Notes: generated by a model from the letters alone, not told the origin. 64,000 nucleotides of DNA from an uncultured Bacteroidales bacterium (GCA_963747625.1 CAVVGP010000065.1:3311-67310); one strand, 5' to 3'. Shown: positions 21,939 to 33,570, counted from the stretch's first letter. Translations and numbers: made by a program.

Positions 21939-23216
21939 TTACTCCTTAATGATGGTGTAGCCAATGTTCTCTATACCTGATTTTATTTTATCCAGGTCGA
22001 ATGAACTTCCTTTTATGATTACTTTCCCTGACGACAGGTCAACAATCGCTTCTTCGACACCTTCTGAAGATTTTATGCTGTTTTCTACGTTGGCCTTGCA
22101 ATGGTTGCATGTCATGCCACCTACATGAAGCGTTTGAATATTTTCGGGTGAAAAATCTGATTGCGAAGTAGTTTGTGATTTAATTTTCATAGTTGAAATA
22201 AATTTTTGTATATAACCATTTATTATAAGTAGTGTAAGAGTCACTGCTGAACCAATCTTGAGCCACGAAGGTAACATCCCTGTGTGATCATGGCCTATAT
22301 GAGTGAAGTGAGCTGATAGTGTAAACCATCCGTGAGGCAGTACATAATCTATAAACAGTCCTGCAAGCAAGGCTCCTGTTATAATCGCTCCAAGATATCC
22401 TATTAATGATTTTTTGCCTAATACCTTTCCAATCATTGTGATGGTTGCAGCATTAGTTGCCGGTCCAGCCATGAGCAGTACAAGCGCAGCACCGGGAGAA
22501 AGCCCTTTCAGCATCAGAACTGCAGCTACTGGTACAGAAGCTGTTGCACAAATATAAACAGGGATTGAGATTATCAGAATTAAAATCATTCCTACAAAGT
22601 CATTAGGAATCTTATCGGCAAAAAAATCATTTGGTACAAATACTGATATAAGTGCTGCAATAAGCAATCCAATTACCAGCCAGTTGGAAATATCCTGCAA
22701 GAATTCAACAAATGAATACCTGAACATTTCTTTTATTCGTGGCAGGAAACCAACAGGCATCTCTTCATCAGTATCATTGTTTTCAATGTTCGTAATATCC
22801 TTTTCAGGATCTATTTTCTTTGTCACCAATCCACCGAAGAGTCCGGTAACAAAAGCAACAATCGGACGGATAACTGCAAATGGCAGACCCAGCATCGAAT
22901 ATGTTACAAATATTGAGTCAACACCTGTCTGAGGGGTTGAGATCAGAAACGAGACTGTCGATGCTTTTGATGCTCCATGTTTATAGAACGAAATACCGGT
23001 GGGAATTACGCCGCAGGAACACAATGGGAGGGGAACACCAAGCATTGCTGCATTAAAAATAGAGCGGAAGCTGTTCTGTCCCATATATTTTCTTACCCTT
23101 TTCTTTGGAAATATCAGATGAAGCAAACCGGCAAAAAAGAATCCAAGCATAAGATATGGAGACATTTCTGATAGTATTGTAAAGAGCTCTTGTCCAAATC
23201 CTTTTATGTAATCCAT
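21939..23216 (-). CDS. Multi-pass permease (DUF318 / SO_0444-like putative metal transporter) with a C-terminal heavy-metal-associated (HMA) domain
   Basis: Intact 425-aa ORF with many TM segments and the CSCGVIP motif. The C-terminus LHVGGMTCNHCKANVENSI is a classic GMTCxxC HMA fold signature. Confidence 0.75.
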   Translation of the reverse strand: MDYIKGFGQELFTILSEMSPYLMLGFFFAGLLHLIFPKKRVRKYMGQNSFRSIFNAAMLGVPLPLCSCGVIPTGISFYKHGASKASTVSFLISTPQTGVDSIFVTYSMLGLPFAVIRPIVAFVTGLFGGLVTKKIDPEKDITNIENNDTDEEMPVGFLPRIKEMFRYSFVEFLQDISNWLVIGLLIAALISVFVPNDFFADKIPNDFVGMILILIISIPVYICATASVPVAAVLMLKGLSPGAALVLLMAGPATNAATITMIGKVLGKKSLIGYLGAIITGALLAGLFIDYVLPHGWFTLSAHFTHIGHDHTGMLPSWLKIGSAVTLTLLIINGYIQKFISTMKIKSQTTSQSDFSPENIQTLHVGGMTCNHCKANVENSIKSSEGVEEAIVDLSSGKVIIKGSSFDLDKIKSGIENIGYTIIKE

Positions 23217-23295
23217 ACTATTTAAAATTAGATCAAATAAAAATAATACAAATATAATCAGTTTTCAGAAAATATTTTCACAGCAGAAATAGTTT

Positions 23296-24195
23296 TTATG
23301 CTCTGGGATGGAACATAATAAGAGTATCGCGTAAATAGCTCCTGTCAATGTGGGTATATATCTCTGTGGTGAGTATGGATTCATGTCCCAACATTTCCTG
23401 AACTGCCCTCAGATCAGCTCCTGCTTCTATCATATGGGTTGCAAAGGAGTGCCTGAAGGTATGAGGACTGATATTTTTTTTAATTCCTGCCCTGGCTGCA
23501 AGATTCTTAATTATGGTGAATATCATTGCCCTTGTAAGTCTGTTTCCGCGTCTGTTAAGAAAAAGAACATTCTGATCCCTGATCACGGGAAGCCTCTGTC
23601 GGTCCTGTTTGTAAATATCAATCTCTTTCAGGGCTTTCCTGCTTATTGGCACAAGTCTTTGTTTATTGCCTTTTCCTGTCACAACAACAAATTCTTCACC
23701 AATATGAATGTCAGTTATACGCAGGTTAACCAGCTCAGAAACTCTTAAACCACATCCATAGAGTGTTTCAATTATAGCCTTATTACGGTGACCCTCGGGT
23801 TTACTCAGGTCAATCTCATCAATTATCCTGTCAATCTCTGATACAGACAATATTTCAGGAAGTTTGAGACCAATCTTGGGTGACTCTATCAGTGATGCAG
23901 GATTTTCTTCAATTTCTCCTTCGATAAGAAGAAACCTGAAGAAGGCTCTTACCCCCGAGAGCACTCTTGATTGTGTACGGGTATTAGTATTGTTGGTGCC
24001 ATACCAGGCCAGAAAGGTCTTAAGATCTGAGTATGTGACCATTGCCGGTGAAATCACATTTCCTGTTTCATCAAAATATTTTTCAAGTTTAGAAACATCA
24101 TTCAGATAGGCTTCAACGCTGTTGCCTGAGAGGGATTTCTCAAGCCTCAGGTAGGTTTCAAAATTTCTGAACGACTGTTTCCAGTTTAGACTCAT
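23296..24195 (-). CDS. xerD: Tyrosine site-specific recombinase XerD (chromosome dimer resolution type)
   Basis: Intact 299-aa ORF. The motifs ...YGCGLRVSEL..., HTFRHSFATHM and LGHESILTTEIYTH give the R..HxxR..Y catalytic set. Confidence 0.85.
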   Translation of the reverse strand: MSLNWKQSFRNFETYLRLEKSLSGNSVEAYLNDVSKLEKYFDETGNVISPAMVTYSDLKTFLAWYGTNNTNTRTQSRVLSGVRAFFRFLLIEGEIEENPASLIESPKIGLKLPEILSVSEIDRIIDEIDLSKPEGHRNKAIIETLYGCGLRVSELVNLRITDIHIGEEFVVVTGKGNKQRLVPISRKALKEIDIYKQDRQRLPVIRDQNVLFLNRRGNRLTRAMIFTIIKNLAARAGIKKNISPHTFRHSFATHMIEAGADLRAVQEMLGHESILTTEIYTHIDRSYLRDTLIMFHPRA

Positions 24196-24324
24196 ATTTA
24201 TTTTTCAAATATCCGATCAAAAAATTCATTACAAAGTAACACAAAGTATGACATCCTGGATAAGTTAAACTCTTTAAATTATTTTTCCTACTTTTACCGT
24301 TATTAAAAACCTATCAGACGAGAC

Positions 24325-24403
24325 CTTTGTGAAACTCAGTGGTAAAATTATAACTCATTTAATCACAATGGATCACGAAGTAAGTCTGAAAGTAACACAA
24401 AAG
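24325..24403. repeat. Imperfect palindromic intergenic element (copy 2 of the CTTTGTG...GGTAAA...CACAAAG family)
   Basis: CCTTTGTGAAACTCAGTGGTAAAA ... TTAATCACAATGGATCACGAAG ... AACACAAAAG, between divergent xerD and aroQ. Confidence 0.45.
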
Positions 24404-24427
24404 CAAGACAATTAATTATACCTTCTT

Positions 24428-24864
24428 ATGCATATAGATATTATTAATGGTCCAAATCTGAATCTTCTCGGTATCAGAGAACCCGAAAAGTATGGGCATT
24501 TTTCTTTTGAGGTTATCTTAAAGTTCTTAAAACTCGTTATTCTGATATCTACTTCCATTACTATCAATCGAATATTGAAGGTGAGATAATCGATGAAATT
24601 CAGAAATCGGGTTTTTCGTCTGATGGAATTATACTTAATGCAGGTGGTTACACCCATACCTCTGTGTCAGTTGCAGATGCGATAGCAGCTATTACTGCCC
24701 CTGTTATTGAAGTTCATATTACCAACATATCAGCCAGGGAGGAATTCCGTCGTACCAGCCTGATCGGGAGAAACTGTGGTGGCAGTATATCGGGATTTGG
24801 ACTTGACAGTTACAGACTGGCTGTGGAAGCACTGATCGAAATATTAAAATCAAAGAAGAAATAA
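24428..24864 (+). pseudogene. aroQ: Type II 3-dehydroquinate dehydratase, single frameshift in an A-run
   Basis: ATG at 24428 gives MHIDIINGPNLNLLGIREPEKYG. After about 24533 the frame must shift. One extra A in TTCTTAAAACTCG would restore KTRYSDIYFHYYQSNIEGEIIDEIQ...NAGGYTHTSV and join ORF 24664..24864. Confidence 0.85.
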
Positions 24865-24867
24865 TTT

Positions 24868-26297
24868 ATGGATACTAAAAGGACCAAGATCGTTGCCACA
24901 ATTTCCGATAAAAACTGTGAACCAGTATTTATAAGGGAACTGTATGAAGCAGGAATGAATGTTATCAGAATAAACTCAGCACATCTGGATATTGATGGTG
25001 CACTTAAAATAATCAGGAATGCACGTGAAGTATCAGATAAAATTGCAATTCTTCTCGATACCAAAGGTCCTGAAATACGTACCACAATATGTGATACACC
25101 CATTCCTCTTAAAAAAGGAAATACTATAAATTTAATAGGAGACCCCCATAAAAAGAGTTCACCTGAAGCAATATATGTGACCTATGAATCTTTTTCTTCT
25201 GATATTCCTCTCGATTCGATTATTCTGATTGATGACGGGGACCTTGAATTAAGGGTATTAAGAAAGAACGGGGGTGCTCTTGAATGCAAAATAGAAAATG
25301 ACGGGATGCTCACATCAAGAAAGAGTGTTAACATTCCAAGTGTGAAGATTACATTGCCATCGCTGACTGACAAGGACAGGGCGTTTATTGAAATGGGTGT
25401 GAAGAATAATGTAGATTTTATTGCTCATTCCTTTGTGAGATCAAAGCAGGATGTAATTGATGTCCAGGATGTGCTTGACTCATATAAGAGCTGGCATCAA
25501 GATAATTGCCAAGATCGAAAATCAGGAAGGAGTCGAGAATATTGATGAGATAATTGAAAACGTTTATGGAATTATGGTCGCCAGGGGAGACCTGGCAATT
25601 GAGATTCCTTATGAAGAAATCCCGGGTATTCAGAGGATGATTATCACCAAATGCATTAATCACCAGGAAGACCGTCATTGTTGCAACCCAGATGCTTCAG
25701 TCAATGATAAATAATCCAAGACCAACGAGGGCAGAAGTCAGTGATATTGCCAATGCCATTTATTCGCAGACTGATGCAATAATGCTTAGCGGGGAGACTG
25801 CAAACGGCAAATATCCTGTTGAAGCTGTAAAAACTATGACAAAGGTGGCGCTGGAGGTTGAAAATGAACAAGGAGAAATTTCTTGACCTGCCTTCGTCAA
25901 TGTACAGGTGAGTTCTTCATACCTTGCAAAGGTCGCGGTAAAAACAGCAGTCAGAATTGGAGCAAGAAGATATAATTGCTGATACGACCCGGGGAAAAAC
26001 AATCAGGGATATGGCTTCTTACAGTGGCATACAACCTAATTCTTGCACAGTGCTATTCAAAAAGCACAATGAGGGAACTTGCCCTGTCCTATGGTGTTTA
26101 TGCCAGTTTCCAGGAACGAAGAAAATCGATCGATGATTTTATCCATATAGCCCTGAAGAACCTTACCAAAGCCCACGACCTTAGGTGATGATATTGTTGT
26201 GGTGCTTGCAGGAAACTTTTCGGGAGGATCAGGGTTTTCATTTATTGAGGTCGGGTCTGTTAAATATCTGAAAGATCGTGTTAGTATTATTGATTAG
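24868..26297 (+). pseudogene. pyk: Pyruvate kinase, frame broken at least 6 times
   Basis: Pieces 24868..25545, 25457..25714, 25692..25886, 25976..26188 and unlisted frames read colinearly (MDTKRTKIVATI...; [17 protein letters not shown]; [11 protein letters not shown]; ATQMLQSMI; [12 protein letters not shown]; ...GDDIVVVLAGNF...). Stop is TAG at 26295..26297. Length is not a multiple of 3. Confidence 0.9.
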
Positions 26298-26484
26298 ATC
26301 AATAATTGGTCTGATTTTTGTTATTGTAAAAAGGCCTGAAATGTTTCATAAAAAGATCTGATCATGACCGGAGTTTACTGCAGCATATCAAATATGATTC
26401 TTAGAAGAATACTTTTTTTGAAGAAGGATTCAAGTCCCCTTCAGAGATAACAGAACAATCTTTTAAAATAAAATAATCTCAGAC

Positions 26485-29110
26485 GTGAAAAATTTTATTA
26501 CAAAGAAGTTTTTTTTACTGGTACTGGCATCATTTTGCTTTGTCAGCGCGAATGCAACTCACAACAGAGCTGGTGAAATAACATATGTCCAGCTGTCGGA
26601 CCTCACATATGAGATCACGATAACTACTTTTACCTATACCCTGAGCTTTGCGGACAGACCTACACTTAATGTGGAGTGGGGCGATAATTCCACTTCCGTT
26701 GCGCCTAGAATAAGTATTTTATTACTTCCAAACTATTACAGAAGGAATGTCTATGTGATAGACCATACTTATCCGGGTCCGGGTATTTACAAAATAATAG
26801 TACAGGATCCAAACAGGAATGCCGGGGTTAAAAATATTCCGAATTCAGTTAATGTGATCTTCTCAATTTCGACTATCCTTACGGTAAATCCGGCGATGGG
26901 TCGCGATAATTCCCCGGTATTACTGAATCCTCCGTATGATAAGGCTGCATATCATTATTTATTTATTCATAATCCTTCAGCCTATGATCCTGACGGAGAC
27001 AGTCTGTCATATAACCTCACTCCCTGTACACGAGAGGATGCGAAACCCATAATAGGCTATACATTGCCACCGGCAACTCGCTCTATCAGAGTCGATTCAA
27101 TTAACGGAAACCTCATCTGGGATACTCCTGCTGATACCGGAAAATTTAATGTCGCCATGGATATTAATGAATGGCGAAACGGGAAAAAAATAGGAGTGAT
27201 AGAACGTGATATGCAAATTGAGGTTTTCAATACAACAAACAGGCCTCCTGTAAATGGGCCGTTAAAGAATTATTGTGTGGAAGCAGCTGATACAGTTGAT
27301 TTTCATTTTACGGCAACTGATCCGGACAATGATTTTATTTCACTTAATTCAACTTCCGGCGTTTTCGGTATTGACTCGTGCAATGCAACCTTTACAAAAG
27401 TTGATTCTGTCGCTGGATATGCTTCTGCAAGATTCCGATGGGTGCCTTGTTATAAGACAGTGAGGAAACAACCCTATAGTGTGGTTTTTAAATCGGATGA
27501 CTCTAATCCCGATGTCAGGTTGTCGGATATAAGTAATATAAATATTACGGTACTTGGTCCCGCTCCCCATCTTATTAATGCAGTACCGGTTGGAAAATCG
27601 ATAAATCTGACCTGGTCGAAATATGTAACAAACGTAATTTCAGGTTTTAACATCTACAGGAGGGAAGGAGCTTCCACGTTTAAACCCGATTCATGCATTG
27701 CAGGCATTCCATCGTCAACAGGTTTTGTGAAAGTGGGATATATTGGCGGAAGCACCACTACTGCGTATGTTGATAACGATAACGGGGAAGGGCTTCAGTT
27801 TGGTACAGAATATACTTACAGGATAGTTTCTGTTTACCCAAATGGAGCCGAAAGCAAAGCTTCCAATGAAATAACATCAACTCTTGTATCGGGAGTTCCG
27901 GTAATCAAGAATGTCAGCGTAAGGAATACGGATCAGGCAAACGGATCAATTTTTATTTCATGGAAAAAGCCTGATAAGCTCGATACCATTCCTGCAGCCG
28001 GGCCTTATGAATACCTGATTTACAGGGCAACTGGTGTCGGCGGTACTGACTTTCAGCAGATTAATTCGATAGAAACAACAGATCTAAATGACACTGTCTA
28101 CGTAGACACACTTATAAATACTTCAACAACAGGTTATATTTACAGGATAGAGTTATGGAATAATGGAACGGGTAACAGATTCCTTGTCGGCAATCCGGGG
28201 TATGCATCATCTGTTTTTCTTGCCCTTACCAGGTGACAGGAAGATGCGTTTTACGATTAACCGCAATGTGCCATGGATCAATACTGAATATGATTTCTTC
28301 AGGCTGAACGATACAACTTCCGCTTATGATTCCGTTGGCACTACAAATCAGTTAACCTGGACAGATTATAATCTTGTGAACGGCAAGCAATACTGTTACT
28401 ATGTTAAATCTGTAGGTGGCTATCTTGCGGACAATATGCCAAAAAACCTGGTGAATCTTTCAGAGAATAGTTGTTCCGTTCCCGTTGATAATGAACCTCC
28501 ATGTGTTCCTGCGCTCAGCGTCAGCAGTAAATGTGATAGTTTGTACAATACACTTACCTGGGCAATTAAGGATACTGCCTGTTTTTCAGATGTTGCAGGT
28601 TACAAGATTTATGCTAAAATGAACACCGATCAAAATCTTAACCTGTTGATAACGATTAACAATAAGAATACTTTTTCCTACAAGCATTTTCCGGGGGAAA
28701 CTGTTTCAGGATGTTATACTATATCAGCATTTGATGCACAGGGCAATGAGAGTGCTCAGTCTGCAATGATTTGTGTTGGTGATTCCTGCAATTTTTATGA
28801 GATTCCAAATGTTTTTACTCCCAATGGTGATAATATCAATGATAAACTGGTTGCGAAAACATCGGGACTTGTTGAGAAAGTTGATTTCAGACTCTTTAAC
28901 AGAGATGGGATGATTTTATTCAGGACTGAGGAACCACAGATTAACTGGGATGGAACCTATAAAGGAAAAATTGTTTCACCCGGGGTATATTTCTATCAGT
29001 GCGATGTATATACAAATGGTACTTCAGGACTCAAATTATCCCATCTTTCCGGTTTTGTTCATGTCATTACTGAATTAAATTCAAAGGTTAATAATGAGGT
29101 TACAAAATAA
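26485..29110 (+). pseudogene. Large secreted protein with a T9SS type-B (gliding motility-associated) C-terminal sorting domain, single frameshift
   Basis: GTG start and signal peptide MKNFITKKFFLLVLASFCFVSANA. The body is repeat-like and beta-rich. The C-terminus YEIPNVFTPNGDNINDKL...INWDGTYKGKIVSPGVYFY is the type-B sorting domain signature. ORFs 26485..28236 and 28163..29110 join by a shift near 28205-28230. Confidence 0.8.
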
Positions 29111-29128
29111 TTTTGAAAGAAGTCTAAG

Positions 29129-30334
29129 ATGAAAAAGCTCATAATGCTGTTTTGGATTTTGTTAAGTGCCTCCTGTCTATATAGTCAGCAGATTATCGAT
29201 AATATCCTGAAGGCCAAAGCACTTACAGAAGCGGGAAAACCTGAACAGGCAATCAGTTTGCTTAATGGGTCAATTAATGTAACAAAAGATAGCAGGCTCT
29301 ATTTGGTCAGAGCCGAAGCAAATATTTTGAAAGGCGACTATTCAGGAGCTATCAGCGACTTTAATGAATCTGATAAATTGACTCCTTTCTCAGGGGAATA
29401 TGGACTTGCCAGAATTTATGCAATTAAGGGAGATGCTTCAACTGCTCTCTATCATCTTGAAATGAACCTGAAATCTCCGTTTAAAAAGAGTGAAAAAGAG
29501 ATTCTGCTCGATCCGGCATTTGGCACAATTGATAATAGTCAGGCCTGGAGGCAGTTCTGGAAAACAGAATGGTACACACCAGCTGAGAAGAGTATTTCAG
29601 AAATAGAATATTACATCTCTGCCGGTAAAATTAATGATTCAAAAGATGTGCTTGCTGAACTTGAGAAAAGTTCCGGCAGCAATGCTGATATAGTTTATGC
29701 AGAAGCGTTGATTAATCTTGCAACGGGAAAGTATTCTGATGTAATAAAGTCTGTTTCCGGGCTGAATGATTCATTAGCTGGGAATGAAAAATACCTTAGG
29801 GTTCTTGCTAAGGCGCAGACCGGCAATTCAGATCCGGCAGGAGCCTCGGCGACATATACTCGGCTTATCAATTCCGGCATGGCCGATGCCGGGTTGTTTT
29901 TGCTCAGAGCAGAATGTTATAATAAAACGGGTGAAACTGATAAGGCCTTGAATGATATTAATAAATACCTTGAGATATATCCTGATAATAGCGTTGCTAT
30001 AAGCCTTGCAGGTAAAGTGGAGACCAGTTCAGGCGACAATCTTAAGGCTATTGAATATTTTTCAAAGAATCTGAAGCTCCATCCAAATGAGCCTCAATGT
30101 TATATCGACCGGGCGAATGCCTACTTTGTATCAAGATCATGGGATCTGGCAATTAATGATTACAGCATGTCACTCGACCTGCAGCCTGCAAATTCTGACG
30201 TTTGGCTGAATAAAGGCATTGCACTTCTTAATTCCGGAAAAACCGATGATGCCTGTCACGATTTCAGAAGGTCATTAAGTCTTGGAAATAAGCGGGCAGC
30301 AGATTATATAAGCAGAAACTGCATTAATCAGTAA
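29129..30334 (+). CDS. Tetratricopeptide-repeat (TPR) protein with a signal peptide
   Basis: Intact 401-aa ORF with an N-terminal signal-like segment and repeated A..Y..A..L.P TPR-type helices (for example KAIEYFSKNLKLHPNEPQCYIDRANAY). Confidence 0.75.
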   Translation: MKKLIMLFWILLSASCLYSQQIIDNILKAKALTEAGKPEQAISLLNGSINVTKDSRLYLVRAEANILKGDYSGAISDFNESDKLTPFSGEYGLARIYAIKGDASTALYHLEMNLKSPFKKSEKEILLDPAFGTIDNSQAWRQFWKTEWYTPAEKSISEIEYYISAGKINDSKDVLAELEKSSGSNADIVYAEALINLATGKYSDVIKSVSGLNDSLAGNEKYLRVLAKAQTGNSDPAGASATYTRLINSGMADAGLFLLRAECYNKTGETDKALNDINKYLEIYPDNSVAISLAGKVETSSGDNLKAIEYFSKNLKLHPNEPQCYIDRANAYFVSRSWDLAINDYSMSLDLQPANSDVWLNKGIALLNSGKTDDACHDFRRSLSLGNKRAADYISRNCINQ

Positions 30335-30357
30335 TGTTTTCTCCTTTAAAATGCAAC

Positions 30358-33300
30358 CTATCTGATGTGTTTAAGGATTCTTTCGAATAAATCATGTGGT
30401 TTAAAAGGTTTTAGCACATAATCGTTTATTTTCAGATCCTCAATTTTATCATGGCTTTCAGACATAATCGCTGCTGTAAGGGCGACAATCGGGATATCCC
30501 TGATTCGTTGATTATCTGATCTTCTGATAATACGGGTCGCTTCAATACCATCCATTACAGGCATGTGCAAATCCATCAGAATCAGATCAAAATCATCTTT
30601 TTCAAGTAAATCAAGGGCAATCTGACCGTTTTCAGCATGGGTAACTGTTATGCCCCATCCAATCAGGAATTTATTAGCTACAAAGAAATTTATTTTGTTG
30701 TCTTCAGCCACAAGTATCTTTTTGCCTTCAAGTCCTGTAAAATTCTCAGGCAAATCAATAGATTGGGATTGTGTTCCCTTATCCGAGATTCCGAATGAAA
30801 TGATAACCCTGAAAGTTGACCCTTTTCCAGGCTCGCTCTCAAGTGTTATGGAACCTCCCTGCAATTCAACAAGTTTTTTACATATTGCCAGTCCCAGTCC
30901 TGTTCCGCCATAATTTCTGGTAGTATCTGCGGAAGCTTGTGTAAAGCTGTCAAAGACAAATGAATGTTTATCTTTTGGAATTCCTATGCCGGTATCCGAG
31001 ACAGCGAATTCCATTTTTGATTGATTAGGCGTTCTCTCGACTTCTCTTACAAGTACTTGTATACTTCCATTCGTTGTGAATTTCAGGGCGTTCGACAACA
31101 GGTTGGAAAGAATCTGATTTAACCTGATCGGATCGCCGATAACTTCAACAGGAAGATCATCGGCTTTTTTAATATCAAAACTCAGATTTTTTGACTTCGA
31201 CCTGAAGGAATAGGATCTCATAATTTCGTTAAGAAAATCACTGAGATTGAATTGTGTCTGTTCAAAAATTATTTTACCCGATTCCATTTTATTGTAATCG
31301 AGAACATCATTCACAAGGGTAAGAAGATGATTTCCGGAAAATTTAAGGGCTTTGATATAATCCATCTGATCTTCACGAGGATTACCCTGGAGCAGGAGGT
31401 TCGTTATTCCGATTACCTCATTAAGCGGAGTCCTGATCTCATGGCTCATTGTCGACATGAAAAGTTGCTTTGACTGTGCCGCTTCTTCGGCTTTCATACG
31501 TGCTAGAATGATATTATCGAGCATCATTCTCCTTTGCAGGGCAATTGCAATCTGGTTAGCGATAAAATCGAGTATATAAAGATCTTCCTGGGAAAACTTA
31601 TCCTCGTTATAATAATCCTGCAGACACATAACTCCTATTATGTCATTTTCCACTTTCAGAGGAACACCCATCCAGACTCTGCATGGAGTTCCGACAAGGT
31701 CGATATCTCCGGATTCATCGAGATATTTCAGATCCTTTTCTTTTAAAAGAACTGATCTGTTGTTTTTTATTACCCATCCTGTTATGGTTTTTTTAGTCGG
31801 AATTTCATAGAAATTATCCTTCTCGTCAGAAAAGAATGGCAGGGAAAGTGTTTCAGTGGCTTTGTCGTAAAGAGCTATAAAAAAATTATTAGTATCCCAT
31901 ATTTTACTTAATTCCTGAACAATGATGGGATATATTTCTTTAATATCATATTGCTTAAGGGCAGCATTCGATATATTAAATAGAATCTCCTGTAAAATCT
32001 GACTTTTTCTTTCAGTTGTAGTATCCCTGTAAATGCCGAGGTTAGCAACAATTTCATTATTAATTACTATAGCAGTTGCTATGATAGTAACATTAATATT
32101 ATTGCCCCGTTTATCCTTTCTTATTGTTTGTCTTACTTCCTTCTGGTTAAGTGATGCCAGGTTGTCAATTTTAATAGCTTCTTCTTTAAATTCGTCCGGA
32201 ACAATAAGATCATTGATGTTTTTATTCACTGCCTCTTCTAACTCAAAGCCAAAGAGGTTAGAGAACTCACGGTTGATCATCGAGATTATACCCGAAGGGT
32301 TTGTGATAACCATAGCAACAGGAGTTGAATTATATAAATGTTCCAGGAATGCTTTCTCCCTGATTATTTGACTTTCATATTCTTTTTGTTTACTTATATC
32401 AGTTACCACACCTCTGTAGCCAATAATGACATCTTCAAAGAATATTGCAAAGGAATGTGTAACAACAGGAACAAGAGTACCATCTTTTTTAGTGGCAATA
32501 TATTCATTACTGGATATTTGTCCGGGTGAACTCAGCGCTTTCAGGTTTTCAATCATCTCCTTATAACTGTAAGGAAATATTTTGGCGATATAAATACCGG
32601 AATCCAGATCTTCTTTTGTGAATCCGAAAAAACTGAGCCCATGCTTATTGGCATACAGTACTCTTCCGGTGAGATCAACTTCATACACCATTTCAGGAAG
32701 TAAATCTGCAAATTTCTCAAAGACAATTTCCTGTTTATTCTGATCATCCTGGCTTTTCTGTTGAATTCCAGGCTCCCATGTTATAACGAAATTACCCGAA
32801 GTAAGAAGAAATCCCATATAATATCCCTCCGAATCGTCACCTTTTGGTGAAGCCGCAACTTTATGAGTATCACCTGTTAGATTCAGGTGAATAAGAAGTT
32901 CTACAAGGGGAACACGGTCATGCAACGGTGTATCATCGATATATTTACCAATTACTTCACTCTTTTTTATAGATTCTACCTCTTCTACTTTTTTGTTCAG
33001 GTCAATTATATAGAACTTGTTCTCATCGTCAACACTGAACAATGCAAGATAACTGCTGACAGTTTCAAAAATTTCATCAAGTATGGTACCCTGGCTGCCT
33101 TTAATCTTTTTGTTTTTTCCTGTCTTGAGCTCCGTAAAGATTGTCAGAAGGTATATCTCCTTATCAAGCTGCACTGTTTCTGCCGAAAAAAGATAAGGTA
33201 TTTCTTCACCTTTTTTCGTTTTCAGTGTCACCGGATAGTCCTTGATACATTTAAGTCTGGAGATCAGTTTTATATATTTATTGCTGTCCTCGAGATCTGC

Positions 33301-33570
33301 AAAAATCTGGATATCATCGCAGGTGCTGCCGATAATTTCTCCTTTTGCATAGCCGAGTGTTTTATAAAATGCTTCGTTAACGTCTACGTACTTGCCTGTG
33401 TCTAAATTGCTGATTGCCATCAGATTGTTGGCAGAATTAAAAATTCTGAAGACCGTTTCCTTTATGATATCAGATTTTCCAGGGATTTCTGAACGGAAAA
33501 GCTCAAGTTCTTTCTCAAGGCTTTTATTTGTTTCAAGTAATTCAAAATATCTCTCTTTATAATCCATCAA
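30358..33570 (-). CDS. Hybrid sensor histidine kinase/response regulator (multiple PAS, GAF, HisKA, HATPase_c, REC)
   Basis: Intact 1070-aa ORF. H-box is MSHEIRTPLN, G2 box is GGTGLGLAICKKLVELQGG, and the receiver is KILVAEDNKIN...DLILMDLHMPVMDG...LKPF. Confidence 0.9.
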   Translation of the reverse strand: MMDYKERYFELLETNKSLEKELELFRSEIPGKSDIIKETVFRIFNSANNLMAISNLDTGKYVDVNEAFYKTLGYAKGEIIGSTCDDIQIFADLEDSNKYIKLISRLKCIKDYPVTLKTKKGEEIPYLFSAETVQLDKEIYLLTIFTELKTGKNKKIKGSQGTILDEIFETVSSYLALFSVDDENKFYIIDLNKKVEEVESIKKSEVIGKYIDDTPLHDRVPLVELLIHLNLTGDTHKVAASPKGDDSEGYYMGFLLTSGNFVITWEPGIQQKSQDDQNKQEIVFEKFADLLPEMVYEVDLTGRVLYANKHGLSFFGFTKEDLDSGIYIAKIFPYSYKEMIENLKALSSPGQISSNEYIATKKDGTLVPVVTHSFAIFFEDVIIGYRGVVTDISKQKEYESQIIREKAFLEHLYNSTPVAMVITNPSGIISMINREFSNLFGFELEEAVNKNINDLIVPDEFKEEAIKIDNLASLNQKEVRQTIRKDKRGNNINVTIIATAIVINNEIVANLGIYRDTTTERKSQILQEILFNISNAALKQYDIKEIYPIIVQELSKIWDTNNFFIALYDKATETLSLPFFSDEKDNFYEIPTKKTITGWVIKNNRSVLLKEKDLKYLDESGDIDLVGTPCRVWMGVPLKVENDIIGVMCLQDYYNEDKFSQEDLYILDFIANQIAIALQRRMMLDNIILARMKAEEAAQSKQLFMSTMSHEIRTPLNEVIGITNLLLQGNPREDQMDYIKALKFSGNHLLTLVNDVLDYNKMESGKIIFEQTQFNLSDFLNEIMRSYSFRSKSKNLSFDIKKADDLPVEVIGDPIRLNQILSNLLSNALKFTTNGSIQVLVREVERTPNQSKMEFAVSDTGIGIPKDKHSFVFDSFTQASADTTRNYGGTGLGLAICKKLVELQGGSITLESEPGKGSTFRVIISFGISDKGTQSQSIDLPENFTGLEGKKILVAEDNKINFFVANKFLIGWGITVTHAENGQIALDLLEKDDFDLILMDLHMPVMDGIEATRIIRRSDNQRIRDIPIVALTAAIMSESHDKIEDLKINDYVLKPFKPHDLFERILKHIR

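Noticed and set aside
23296-24195. A tyrosine recombinase as a possible marker of an integrated mobile element or an invertible promoter
   Set aside because: The sequence is XerD-like and sits in the common xerD-aroQ arrangement. I could find no flanking direct or inverted repeats, tRNA target or cargo genes.
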